Assembly: GCA_951406725.2 (NCBI GenBank)
Contig: OX597823.1
Location: 100,316,001-100,380,000, forward strand
Source: Octopus vulgaris
Taxonomy: Eukaryota
Reading direction: 5' to 3'
DNA: 64,000 nucleotides
Below the pieces are notes generated by a model, which had not been told where the DNA came from, searched no databases, and worked only from the letters and a program-made list of their open reading frames with translations. Made by a program: the position numbers and the translations under genes. Below, piece by piece: positions 47,801 through 58,266 of this stretch; the first letter of the stretch is position 1; every line of letters starts with the position of its first letter.

Positions 47801-50800
47801 TATTTGAGATTATACAACAGCTTCAAAACAAAGCAGGATTTAATAATACTCACTTTTGCCAAATTAGATATAATTTCTCTGCCTTCAACTCTGGCATAGT
47901 AGTCTTCATCAATCAATAACGGTTCAATAACAACAAGAATTTTGTGCACATAAGGTCGCACCAAATCATCCAGTTTGTAGAGGATACGATCAATAACTTT
48001 CACGAGTAAATGTCGTTCTTGATCTTCAAGTGTGGGTGACATTAGCAAAGGTAGGATTTGGTTGAACAATGGACCAGCACCAAAATCTCGAGCTTTATCA
48101 GTGATTTGTCTGAGAGCAGCCTTAAAAAAAAAAGTGAAAATTCAGATAAACACATTAAAAAAAATACACACAGATAATTCATTTTATTAATTACTTTTAA
48201 AAATTATATCACTTTTACATGTGACCTAATGATAGATTCATAATTTATTTTGACACAAATCACCAAAATTTTGTCAGGGAAATTTTTGGAACACTCTTAC
48301 AGCCACTCTTTACATGATGCCATAGGGTTGAACGAAATACAGTTTGAGACAAAATAGTTTTGCACATCTGCTAATGATTTATTATAGCAAATATGTTAAC
48401 AGCTGAACAATATGAATTACTTTTGTTACCATAATTCTGTAGAAATATGCTACCTTTGAAAATACTAGAAAATTTCATGAAACAATTCATCATTATTAAA
48501 TTGGTGGAGGCATAACATGAAATTTTGATAGAAGATCCACTTTAAACAAATTTATATCATAGAATTAGGGGTGTCTTTGGCAGGTCAGTATCAAAAGGGT
48601 TAATATGACAAACGTATAGTATTATGGGTTTCATAGCCAGTAATCAGAGTAACCCTTGCCTTAAAGTTACAGTTTCAACTGATGTTTGCAAGACTGCAAA
48701 GTATACTGCAAACACACAACCATTTATAAAAGAAAGTAAAACTGGTCCGTAAAAGAAATTCTCCTGAATATAATTGTTCTACCTCACTGCAAAATACCAT
48801 CCATGATTTCTGAAAATATTTTTTTCTACATTAAATTCTAAATATAAATATTTTAAGACTTGAATAAAAAATTATCGATGATGGGAGAAAAACAAAGTTT
48901 CCTCAAACGGCAGTTTAAATTTTTCAAAAGGTGAGTACTATAGTAATAACAAATATTTCTCCAAAGATTCCTAGCCTAAATAAGAAATGACAGAAAACAT
49001 GTTGTTTTACCTTTCTCATAGGAGGTGTACCATTCTTAATTTTCAATAACAATTTCATAATTTTTCTTTCTTTCTGTTCTTTAGGAGTGAGTGTTTCTTC
49101 GTCCACATCAACCTGACAGAGAAAGGATTGAACAGAGAGATGACAACATAGGTAACTAAAACAATTAGCAAAAGCATGGTGCAGGCAACAAACTTTTCTA
49201 TGAAACATTAAAGGGAAAATGTAATTCAACAAAATTCGTTTTAAGTAGAATAATTTAACTGACAAAAGAAGAGTAAACTCAATATTTTGTTTTACTATCA
49301 AATGCAAATATATAATTCAACATTTAACATCTGGTTGAAAATTTTCAAAGTCAAAAGTTCAGTAATGATTGAGCAGAAAATACAAATGGATATTGTGTCA
49401 ATTCATGTCACACAAGACACTAAGATTTAACCTTAGGATATTAAAGAACTGATCTATATCTTCAGTTATTTATTCTTTGCATTACTAAACCTAATGAGAA
49501 CTAATAACAAATCCAGTAGATTAATAAAAACAAAAGCCTTCTTACCAAGAGTTTGTCAAAATACTGCATGTCATCTGGTTTCATCATTGGTAAATTACCT
49601 TTAGGTTGCATGTCAACAATTGAAACCTTGCTGTCTGGTGTTTGCATTCGGAATCCCATTGGGGTTCCTGCCATTGGTGTGGGAGTGGCAGTTAGTTTAC
49701 GAGCTGGAGTTCGAATTGGTACATAGCCAGCAGGTGGTTGGAGGATCTGAAAAATATTAAAAAATTAAATTAAAAAAAAAAACCATACAAGCATCAAATG
49801 TATTTAACATAGGCTTAAACGAGTGTAATAGTATTTATGCTAAAATAGAATCTTATATATTGAACAATTAAGGAATAGAGAAAATATCAGTGAGTGAATG
49901 AACATGGAGAACTGTGATTAGAGTGCAAGGTTTATATATGCACATAGAGTGATGTCTCAAGTGACTCAACTAAATTGATTATATACCTACAAAGAGCAAT
50001 GAGAATTACTTACAAGCAACAGAGTAAGTTATCAAAACTCCATTCTGACCCACTACTGCTAGTGTCAATGAACATAAAAGCCAGATGCTAGAGTCATTTG
50101 TTGGTAGGGTAGTAGGTCTCCAGCAAACACAAATTTCGTGAATTTTACTCGGGCTCTAACTTAAGAGTTTCATCATTAACTTACACTTCAACATTGCGTT
50201 ATCATAATTCTAAAATCCAAATAGTTATGAAATAACCTCAAAGAGAAAAGAAAATGTGAGGATGGAATAACGAATTTTGTGGAAGACTACACTTATCACT
50301 TTTGCTACCTTATTTCTCTTGAAATACACTGCTTTTGTTTCAGTTTTTAAAACGAAAAATTTAATAAAAAAAACTTTGCTGCTATTAAGCTCAAGTTTGA
50401 AACATGAATTAACAAGAAATTTTCATGCAAAGTTTTAATTTAGATGACTTTAACCCTTTAGAATTCAAACTGGCCAGACCTGGCCTCCCACACCTATCCT
50501 TACAATGTCGTTCTAGAAATAAGCAATCTCGAAGCTACGAGATAATGTGAGATGAACTGAAAACAATGAGAATAAATGGACATTACATTTGACAGAGTAA
50601 TGCTTAATGGTTAAACAAAGGATTTTATCAAAGAACAAGGGGTGGTCTTAGTCAGTTTGGTATCAAAAGGATTAAATGAAAAATAAAGGATGTTTCAAAA
50701 ACAATCTAACTCATTATGCAACTGAAAATAATTTATGAAAATCATTTAGAAACAAAAGTAGGAGCAATAAATATAATGAAATAACCTTATAGCCTGTAGG

Positions 50801-53800
50801 AAACATGGAATCAAGTTCTTCATCTGACAGAGGTCTGTTCCTCTCATCCAACTCTCTCTGCCAAGTATAAGCCTGTAGCTGTTCAGGTGTCATAGACATG
50901 AGATGGCCAGGTGTAGGTGTAGCCATGGCCATGGCTTTCTGGCCTGTAGGTGTGGTACCACCCGGAGTCATGCCTCCAGGGGTCATATTTCCAGGTGTCA
51001 TCCCACTCGGAGTCATTCCACTTGGTGTCATATTTGTAGGTGTCATGCCACCTGGTGTGGTACCACCTGGAGTCATATTTGGTGTCATACTACCTGGAGT
51101 CATTCCTCCAGGAGTTGCAGCTGCTGGAGTTTCATCCCATCTCGATCGACGTTTGCTAGCTCCAGGTGTAGGTGTATCTTGAATAAGATCCCCACCTCGG
51201 TCAGTCCTTGGGGTTTCAGCCCAGCCACTGCCATGGCCAGGAGTTTCTGTAAATATAAAACCACAATGATTATTAATCTTGTTTCAAAGTTAGGCACAAG
51301 GCCAGCAATTTTGGACAAAGAATTAAAGAAATTCCACTATTTTGTCCAACAATTCTACCCACTCATTTCAATAAAATCCTCTTTTACCATGGTTCCTTAC
51401 CCAGAGCATTCACTCTAATAACTCCTGTACAAGTCAACAAAATATGCACTAGATGTAACAAGGCATGTCAGTGTATCATATCCATATCTGGCTAAATGCA
51501 TACATTTCAAATAGCTGTACATCTAGTATTTTTCATACCGATATGCTTAAGATGAGATCCAATGAAGATTATGTTATAAGCAGATAATTGGGAACTAGCC
51601 TTTACAGCACATTGTCGCTAAATTTGACTTCTCCGATGAAGCAAAATAAATATGACCACCACATAATAAATCTGATCACCATTTTTTTTTATAAATGTGA
51701 ATTTGTAACTAGTTTTAAATATTTAAGGCCTGTTTTCATTAACCACTAAATTATGAAGTGGAATCATTATCATCTAATCACTGAGAAAAGAGAGAGGAGA
51801 TGGAGGGTAGATAATAGAGAAAAAGAGATAATTACCCCTTTCTGTCTTTGGTGTCTCATCCCATCTATTTCTGCGAGCACTTGGTGTCGCCTGGTGTCCG
51901 GGAGTGTCCCTCCCAGGTGTAGCAGCACCAGGTGTGGCATGACCAGGAGTCGCTTCCCAAGCTCGAGTACTCGCACCAGGTGTGGCACTGGGTGTTTCTC
52001 CACCCTTACTACGACCTGGGGTTTCGTCCCAGCGAGTGCTGGAAGGGGTATTTGCTGTAGCTTCTGCAGCATCCCAACTGGAACTTGATGTCTTCTTTGC
52101 TGGTGTGCTGTCATCTGTTGCTTGATCCCATCGCCGTCTCTTCACCGGTTGTTTCTGAGCCACAGCAGCTGCTGCCGCCGCCGCCGCTGCTGCTACAGAT
52201 GCTGATGTACTTGAAGAATCTCCTGACGAACCATTGACTGCATGCAACTCTCCTGATTTGGCCTTCTCTACCAGTTGTTGCCGTAAAGCAGCCTGGAAAT
52301 AAAGAAATAATTCTTATGATAATGGAGCTTATATAGAGAGGAGGAAGGGACAGACAAACACAGAGAGAGAGAGAGCTTTTGTGTGCAGCAGATGCACAGG
52401 AGCAATAAACACGAAGATGTTCAGAAAACAGATTCCATCACCTGCCAGGAGGAGAAACTAGAAGTAGTTGATTGATTCCACTACCTAGGTGACCAAGTCT
52501 GTAGTGGGGGTGGATGCTCTGATAGTGTTGCCACTAGAATAAGAATAGCCTAGGCAAAGTTCAGAAAGCTCCTACCTCTGCTGGTAACAACGGGCCTCTC
52601 ACTTAGAGTGAAAGGTAAACTGTATGATGCATGTGGGTGAACAGCCATGCTACATGGCAGTGAAACATGGACCATGACTACTGAGGACATACGTAGGCTT
52701 GAAAGAAATGAAGCTAGTATGATCTGCTGGATGTGTAATGTCAGTGTGTACACACAACAGTGTAAATACCCTGAGAGAAATGTTGGACATAAGATGTGGT
52801 GTGCAAGAGAGACGACTGCACTGGTATGGTCATGTGCTGCATATGGATGAGAAGAGCTGTGTGAAGAAATGTCACTCCCTAAGAGTGGAAGGAGCCCGTG
52901 GAAGAGGAAGACCCAGGAAGACATGGGATGAGGTGGTGAAGCATGACTTTCAAACGTTGAGCCTCACAGACGCAATGACAGGAGGCTGAAACCTTTGGAG
53001 ATATGCTGTGATTGAGAAGACCCGACAAGCTAAGTGAGATCATAGCTGTAGCCTATACCAATGTTGCATAACCAGCCCATTTAAAAGTACCCTTGAATCA
53101 TCTGGTGATATGCTGCGCTTGAGAAGCCCTATGAAGTAAAATCAAAATCAAATCAAGATCTAAATCAAAATGGATATTTGTAGTTGAGGCCGATGCCAGT
53201 GCTGCCTGACTGGCACCAGTGCTGGTGGCACGAAATAAGTACCATTTAAGCATGTGTTAATGCCAATGCTCCTTGACTGGCTCCACATGACAGTGGCACA
53301 TAAAAAGCACCAATCAAACGTGGTCAATGAATGTGGCTGTGGATTTCATGTCACAAATTAACTGATAATCATTAAACACTCCATCTCTGACCTTGCATCT
53401 AGCAACATGAAGGTCATTGGTATTCCAAAGTCAAGTAATTGTTGGGGGTGTCATTGTTTTAATGTCAACTTTTCCATGCTTGGATGGATCAGAAGTGACT
53501 TTGGTGAGGCAGGATTCTTCAACAGCTCATCCTCTCACTAACCCTCACCTGCTTTCAAGCAAGGTAATATTTTCCTTGACTCATGCAACACCAAACAACC
53601 TGGACATATTTTCCTGGAGGATTGTTAACAAATAATAATGATTGTAAAAAAAAAAAAGAGTTGCTGTTCCCAAATAGTGTACATATGTTGAGATAAGGGA
53701 ATACACACACACACACACACAGATGGACTGCTTCCAGTTACCATCTACTGAATTTCACTCACAAGCTACAAGTCAACCCATGGCAATGGACATCAACCAA

Positions 53801-54120
53801 CAGTATCCATGCAGTGAAAGCTTCAAACCACATAGTTCCTGAATGAACTTCTTAACCACATAACTACATATTTTGTAAAAGCTAATGAGAGAAAGAAAAA
53901 CCAAAGAACATTGTTCTCTTAATGACATGCATCAATATCATGTGCAAGTTTAAGATTCTGCTCTTTATTGAAGGTTTATTATCAAAGAAGTGAAAAAAAA
54001 GGAGACAAAATAAGCATGAGATATGAAAGCCACAACCTACCTGTTGGTGTGTGAGTCGTTGTTCAACCATCACATCAGAGAAAGTTCGTTTGTTCAGTTT
54101 TGGATCAGGAGTTTTGCCGC
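32716..54120 (-). CDS. SF3B1: Splicing factor 3B subunit 1 (SF3b155), multi-exon, 5'-partial (about residue 139 to stop; 17 exons in window)
   Basis: Exon translations match SF3B1 (RWDETP ULM motifs, TP repeats, p14-binding region, HEAT repeats, C-terminal YELDYML*). All introns are GT-AG. Exon lengths sum to 3677 nt and stay in frame with one nucleotide from the upstream exon. Confidence 0.98.
34184..34400 (-). CDS. SF3B1: SF3B1 exon (DLVHRQTA...LQYALQ)
   Basis: ORF 34127-34417; gcag/gtaaga boundaries. Confidence 0.95.
35205..36043 (+). mobile_element. RTE-type LINE 3' end with tandem-repeat 3' UTR
   Basis: [16 protein letters not shown]; three units of about 65 bp; (GAT)n tail. Confidence 0.8.
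36727..36999 (-). CDS. SF3B1: SF3B1 exon (PHDVLATLL...EDALMDR)
   Basis: ORF 36723-36938; atag/gtaagg boundaries. Confidence 0.95.
37589..38015 (-). mobile_element. 5'-truncated copy of the 4581-7605 RTE family
   Basis: Near-identical to about 7170-7600; 12-bp TSD TGAAGTAGTACA (37577-37588 / 38016-38027). Confidence 0.92.
38276..38461 (-). CDS. SF3B1: SF3B1 exon (QEKVQENC...[20 protein letters not shown])
   Basis: ORF 38272-38514; ccag/gtaggt boundaries. Confidence 0.95.
39135..39313 (-). CDS. SF3B1: SF3B1 exon ([13 protein letters not shown]...PILKNR)
   Basis: Manual translation; gtag/gtaaga boundaries. Confidence 0.95.
39805..39987 (-). CDS. SF3B1: SF3B1 exon (DVVMLNGFG...MKTCQE)
   Basis: ORF 39763-39978; ttag/gtagat boundaries. 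Confidence 0.95.
40848..41069 (-). CDS. SF3B1: SF3B1 exon ([13 protein letters not shown]...QEQTTE)
   Basis: ORF 40767-41069; ttag/gtaaat boundaries. Confidence 0.95.
41225..42712 (+). mobile_element. RTE-type LINE 3' half, decayed
   Basis: [11 protein letters not shown], Cys-rich insert, [14 protein letters not shown], 3' UTR. Confidence 0.8.
43020..43145 (-). CDS. SF3B1: SF3B1 exon ([11 protein letters not shown]...RRNYRQ)
   Basis: Manual translation; ctag/gtaggc boundaries. Confidence 0.95.
43457..43603 (-). CDS. SF3B1: SF3B1 exon ([10 protein letters not shown]...KKIVLK)
   Basis: Manual translation; acag/gttggt boundaries. Confidence 0.93.
43838..44125 (+). mobile_element. 3' fragment of the older CR1 subfamily
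   Basis: [18 protein letters not shown]; matches the reverse complement of 9187-9480. Confidence 0.85.
44210..45390 (-). mobile_element. RTE-type LINE 3' part
   Basis: [10 protein letters not shown]...[13 protein letters not shown]; 3' UTR and (GAT)n tail. Confidence 0.85.
46437..46582 (-). CDS. SF3B1: SF3B1 exon ([10 protein letters not shown]...QHRGK; K700 region)
   Basis: Translation; atag/gtaggt boundaries. Confidence 0.96.
47022..47400 (+). mobile_element. Non-autonomous Helitron-like element
   Basis: 3' GC hairpin cccgagcaacgccggg followed by CTA; inserted in a (TA)n tract. Confidence 0.55.
47466..47736 (-). CDS. SF3B1: SF3B1 exon ([14 protein letters not shown]...EIIEH; E622/R625/H662/K666 region)
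   Basis: Translation; tcag/gtgagt boundaries. Confidence 0.96.
47854..48120 (-). CDS. SF3B1: SF3B1 exon ([11 protein letters not shown]...ISNLAK)
   Basis: HEAT-repeat translation; taag/gtgagt boundaries. Confidence 0.95.
49011..49112 (-). CDS. SF3B1: SF3B1 exon (VDVDEE...KNGTPPMRK)
   Basis: Within ORF 48924-49307; tcag/gtaaaa boundaries. Confidence 0.95.
49546..49746 (-). CDS. SF3B1: SF3B1 exon ([18 protein letters not shown]...QYFDKLL)
   Basis: Manual translation; tcag/gtaaga boundaries. Confidence 0.95.
50786..51246 (-). CDS. SF3B1: SF3B1 exon (WAETP, expanded MTP repeats, p14-binding region)
   Basis: [11 protein letters not shown]...[26 protein letters not shown]; acag/gttatt boundaries. 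Confidence 0.95.
51836..52292 (-). CDS. SF3B1: SF3B1 exon (poly-Ala, ULM and TP repeats)
   Basis: [26 protein letters not shown]; ccag/gtaatt boundaries. Confidence 0.95.
52378..53325 (+). mobile_element. RTE-type LINE 3' part
   Basis: [27 protein letters not shown], 3' UTR repeats. Confidence 0.8.
54041..54120 (-). CDS. SF3B1: SF3B1 exon (GKTPDPK...LTHQQ; equivalent of human exon 5)
   Basis: tttcag acceptor, gtaggt donor; ORF 53882-54136. Confidence 0.9.
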
Positions 54121-57100
54121 CTGAAAAAGAAAGCAAACAAGGTCACGACAAGATGCCGTGACAAATAAATTCATGTGTAAGGAAATATGAAAACACCTGC
54201 ATTGCAGTTATCATCTGAAGAACACCTCCAGAAACCATTCCAAGCATTAAATCAAGTCTTGCCCTTCCAACAATATACAGTATTAATATTGGAAAAGTTT
54301 AGAGAAACATAGCAATGAGGAAAAAAGACACAAGACAGAAAGCTTAGAACTAAAAAATTCCTTCACTGTAGCTTTGAAAATAATTTTACTGAATTCTTTA
54401 TCACAAATCCTGAGATGCTATCCTTGTAAAATAATCAAATGAGCTACAAAAAAAACTACCTTAGACAAAAGAAAGAAGGATCTGCAAATAATTTACATGG
54501 TATAGATACCAAGTTGGAACAAAATAGATCCTAAGAAAGAATTTCCAATGTTGCCCCTGTAAAACTCTGGCCTAAGTAAACAAACTTGAGCAGGGATTTT
54601 GATTACATTAAGTTTTATGAAGAAACATATTTAAAAGATAAGAAAGTTATTCTGGCTAGAGAGGTGAAGTAGTCAGTCTTGGAAGAAGAGAAGTATGCAT
54701 TTGTGACAAATAATTAGATAAGCAGGTCACTGTCGGTCCCACTGGAATGGAATCATTCAGTTAACTTCCCAGCAAATAGTGTGTTTGGTTGGTTGCCTGA
54801 GAGTTAGGACTCTAAAAGTGTCATCTTGGCAACAGTGAGAGAATAAATAGCTTGAAAGAACTCTAGCCTTGGTATTCAACCAAAACAAGGAAAGACTGAC
54901 AGAAAAAAGTATAAATCATTGTTTATGGAGCAATTTTTAAGTAACAACATAATATATAAAACAAATTTTTAAATGTTTGAAACTGATTGCCACATAAGTG
55001 AATTCAATATCATTAAATAGATCCACTTCTCATATTGGAAAGAGTCAATCTTGTTAAACTGAAATTAATTTTCAAACTTTATCAGTTTATTTAAGAAAAT
55101 ACCATAGATTGGCACCTCACTCTCTTGTATGAATTACATACCACAAACCTGAGGTAATTTGAAATGTAAAGAAGATAGATTATTGAGATTGAGATAATAA
55201 CAGTTATTGTTTAGCCAAAAGTAATTTCTGATTGAGTAGACTTATGATGAAAGGCATTCCAACAATGACCATCTAGTCTTTTTCCTATGGGTAGGAGATA
55301 CAGAACCCCATTATTCAATATATCCTTTTCTAAGATGGTAGGGTGCTATTTCTAGCAGGCTGAGAACAAAACTGGGGGCATATTCTTTGGCTCAATAGAA
55401 ATACAGTAAAACAAGGAGACCATTGAACATTTTATAAAAACGTGGCAACTTGAACAATTATCTTTTCCTTTAGCCCCAGGCTGACCAATACCTCACGGTA
55501 GCATGAGGGAAAGAAGATGTAGAAACAATGTGTGTGTGTGTGTGAAATGTACACACTTTTTCATGGTTTCATTATTTTTTTGTCAGTATTTTTTTACCCC
55601 ATGCTGACACAGGTTAGGAGAGATTATTGAGGCAGTATTCTCCACACACACACACAGACAGACAGATAGATAGATAGAGACCAAGTACCCTCCAAAATAC
55701 CTATAATACTGCCATCAAACAGAAGTTAGTAGATTCCAAATAGGGTGAAAACAGAAATAAATATGACCAGTCTAAAGGATGATACAGAATACAGGATTTG
55801 AACACCTGACCTTTGAGTTAGTTCTTAATACCTTAAATACTGTTTAATGTGATAAACAGACAGAGCCCAAAGTGTTCAAAGTGATCTGTATTTATAATGT
55901 TTGTCAACTGTCAACTAATTCTATTAAGACTGAATATGTTTAGTACTGTGGACTTGCAAAACGAAACTAAAAAAACCAGCAGATAAGTAAGGATTTTGGT
56001 CACCAAACAGAAAGCCATTATAGCAAAATGAAAAACTTATGAAAACTGTGTAAGAAAGAGTAAACTTTTTCAATAAGTAAACAAATCATTGGAAAGGAAA
56101 GACTGATTAGCAATGATGTGATGGTTTTGGAAGAAGTGGAATTAAAGCAAGCATTTCCTCAGAGGGGAGATCAAATTTCATTAAATGCTACAAAAGTAGT
56201 TTAGAATGGGAAAGTAAAAAGAAATGCTTGCTCATTTCCCAGCATAAAAAAAAAATACTGTCTTCCTTTTACTATCATACGTACAGTGCAGCTTCATGAG
56301 TTAGTGCCATCTTCTGTTCGTGTCTGCTTTCATAAACACCAACCCTAAAATTAGTCTCAGATTAGTGTAGTTCTAGAAACAGAACAAGGAGAGGGTTTAA
56401 AAAAAAAATGAAGAAAAGGTTCCAGATAATTCTTCTTTTCCACCAATTCACAGCATGGAACAGCCTTGGCAAAAAAATTATCAAATATAATTTTTGTTTC
56501 TTATTTACTTCCTCTCACCCCAAAACATAGAAATGTTGAGTAAGTTCAAAACTATATACATCTAGCATACGTGTACATCTTCTCTCTTAAATAAAATGAG
56601 AATATCTTATAGAATTTTGCTTTTCCTACTACATGATGCTACAGAGAAACCAGATTGCATGTTTGTTGCAAAACTAGTTTGGGGGAATCATATCTTAAAT
56701 ATAATTTTAGGAACTGCTAATTGCTATCAGAATAGGAAGTTTGAACAATCATCTCTCTTTCTACAACTTGGCTTGGAGAATAAATTTCTAATCTAAAGAG
56801 AACCAAAGAACACTGATTCTATCAAACTGATGCTAATTTCAGATTTTATGAAGTTTTCCTTTGCACCAGGTGAGAAAAACAAAATTACATATAGAAAATA
56901 ATTTTGCTACTAATTTCATACACAGACTGCAGGCATGATTATGTGGTTAAAAAGTTTGTGTGCCAACCACCTGGTCTGAAGTTCAATCCTATTGGGTAAC
57001 ACCTTAGACAAGTGTCTTCTATCATAACCTTGGGATTGATTTGGCAGACAGAAACTGGAAGAAGCTCATCATGTATGTGTATATATGCATGCACACACAT

Positions 57101-57405
57101 ACAGTTTGTATGTATGCATGCATAACTATGTGTGTATGCATGTTTCTACACTTTTCTGAAAATTCTCTCAGCCAGAGAGAGTGACTTTGCTGCCATTTCC
57201 TCTATCAACAGGTCATCCACTGGTTTTGTGCCTTTGTAGATAATATAGGATATCCCCCACCACCAAAAAAAAGGTAAGGGGAAGCAACAAGAAGGGTATC
57301 CAGTTGCATAACAATGCTTTCTTGATACATTTGTCTAACCCAATGACAGCAGGAAAAATGAACGCAAAAACAAATGAATGAAAATATATATATGTATATA
57401 TAGTA

Positions 57406-57469
<64 letters not shown>

Positions 57470-57492
57470 TACACATACACACATCCTATATA

Positions 57493-58266
57493 CAGGGTGC
57501 AAATGATATCCATTCACAGCTTTCAGCTGCTAATTTTGCACCAATTCTTTTTACTTTTATTGTTAGCCTATTTTTCTTAAAAACAAGAACCATTTTTGCT
57601 TTATTTTTTTTTTTGCAGAATAACTAACATGTGGCTCACTGTCTCACCCAGAATCATGCAGATGGAATTTCCAGCAACAATTATGATCTTTGATGTCATC
57701 AGCAATGGTGACGTCATGCTACCCCACTTCTTCCCAAGAAACTCAGGCCAAACACCAATGACTACATTCATGTTCTGAGCAAGGTGGTAAAGCCCTAGAT
57801 CAAGTGGGAAGCTGCAGGGAGGTCATATGTGTGACAACAAGACACTGCACCCTGCTACACCAGCTGGAAGATCCAGGCCTAGCTGTCAAAGAATTTCTTT
57901 GATTACACAGCATCTCATATTTGGCCTCCCAACATACCTTACTGCAACCCTCTTGACTTCTTTGTGTGGGTCATGGTGGAATGAGAAGCCAACACATCCA
58001 GCTGCAACATGAAGAACAAGCTGAGGGCCAGGATTACCAGGGCCTTCAGGGATCTAAAACAGGAGAAAGTGACAAAAAATCTGTGGCTGGTTCCAAGGCT
58101 GCCTGGAAACTGTCATCGAGGCTAAAGGTGGTTTCGTCAAATGAGATCGACAGAACATGTCTTCATGACAAACTGAACTAAATTTGACTAATATATCTCA
58201 AATATTATAAATACTTATTTCTGTCCTGAGACAGCCATCATGCAAATGAATACTATCTACACCCTG
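57493..58266 (+). mobile_element. Deleted Tc1/mariner (maT/DD37D-like) element
   Basis: TA|CAGGGTG...CACCCTG|TA; remnants GDVMLPHFF, QQDTAP, WPP, NPLDFFVW. Confidence 0.75.

Noticed and set aside
57205-57627. Short ORFs rich in YI/HT/CV dipeptides (also at 18351-18683, 19500-19811 and 63559-63841)
   Set aside because: Translations of (TA)n and (CA)n microsatellites.
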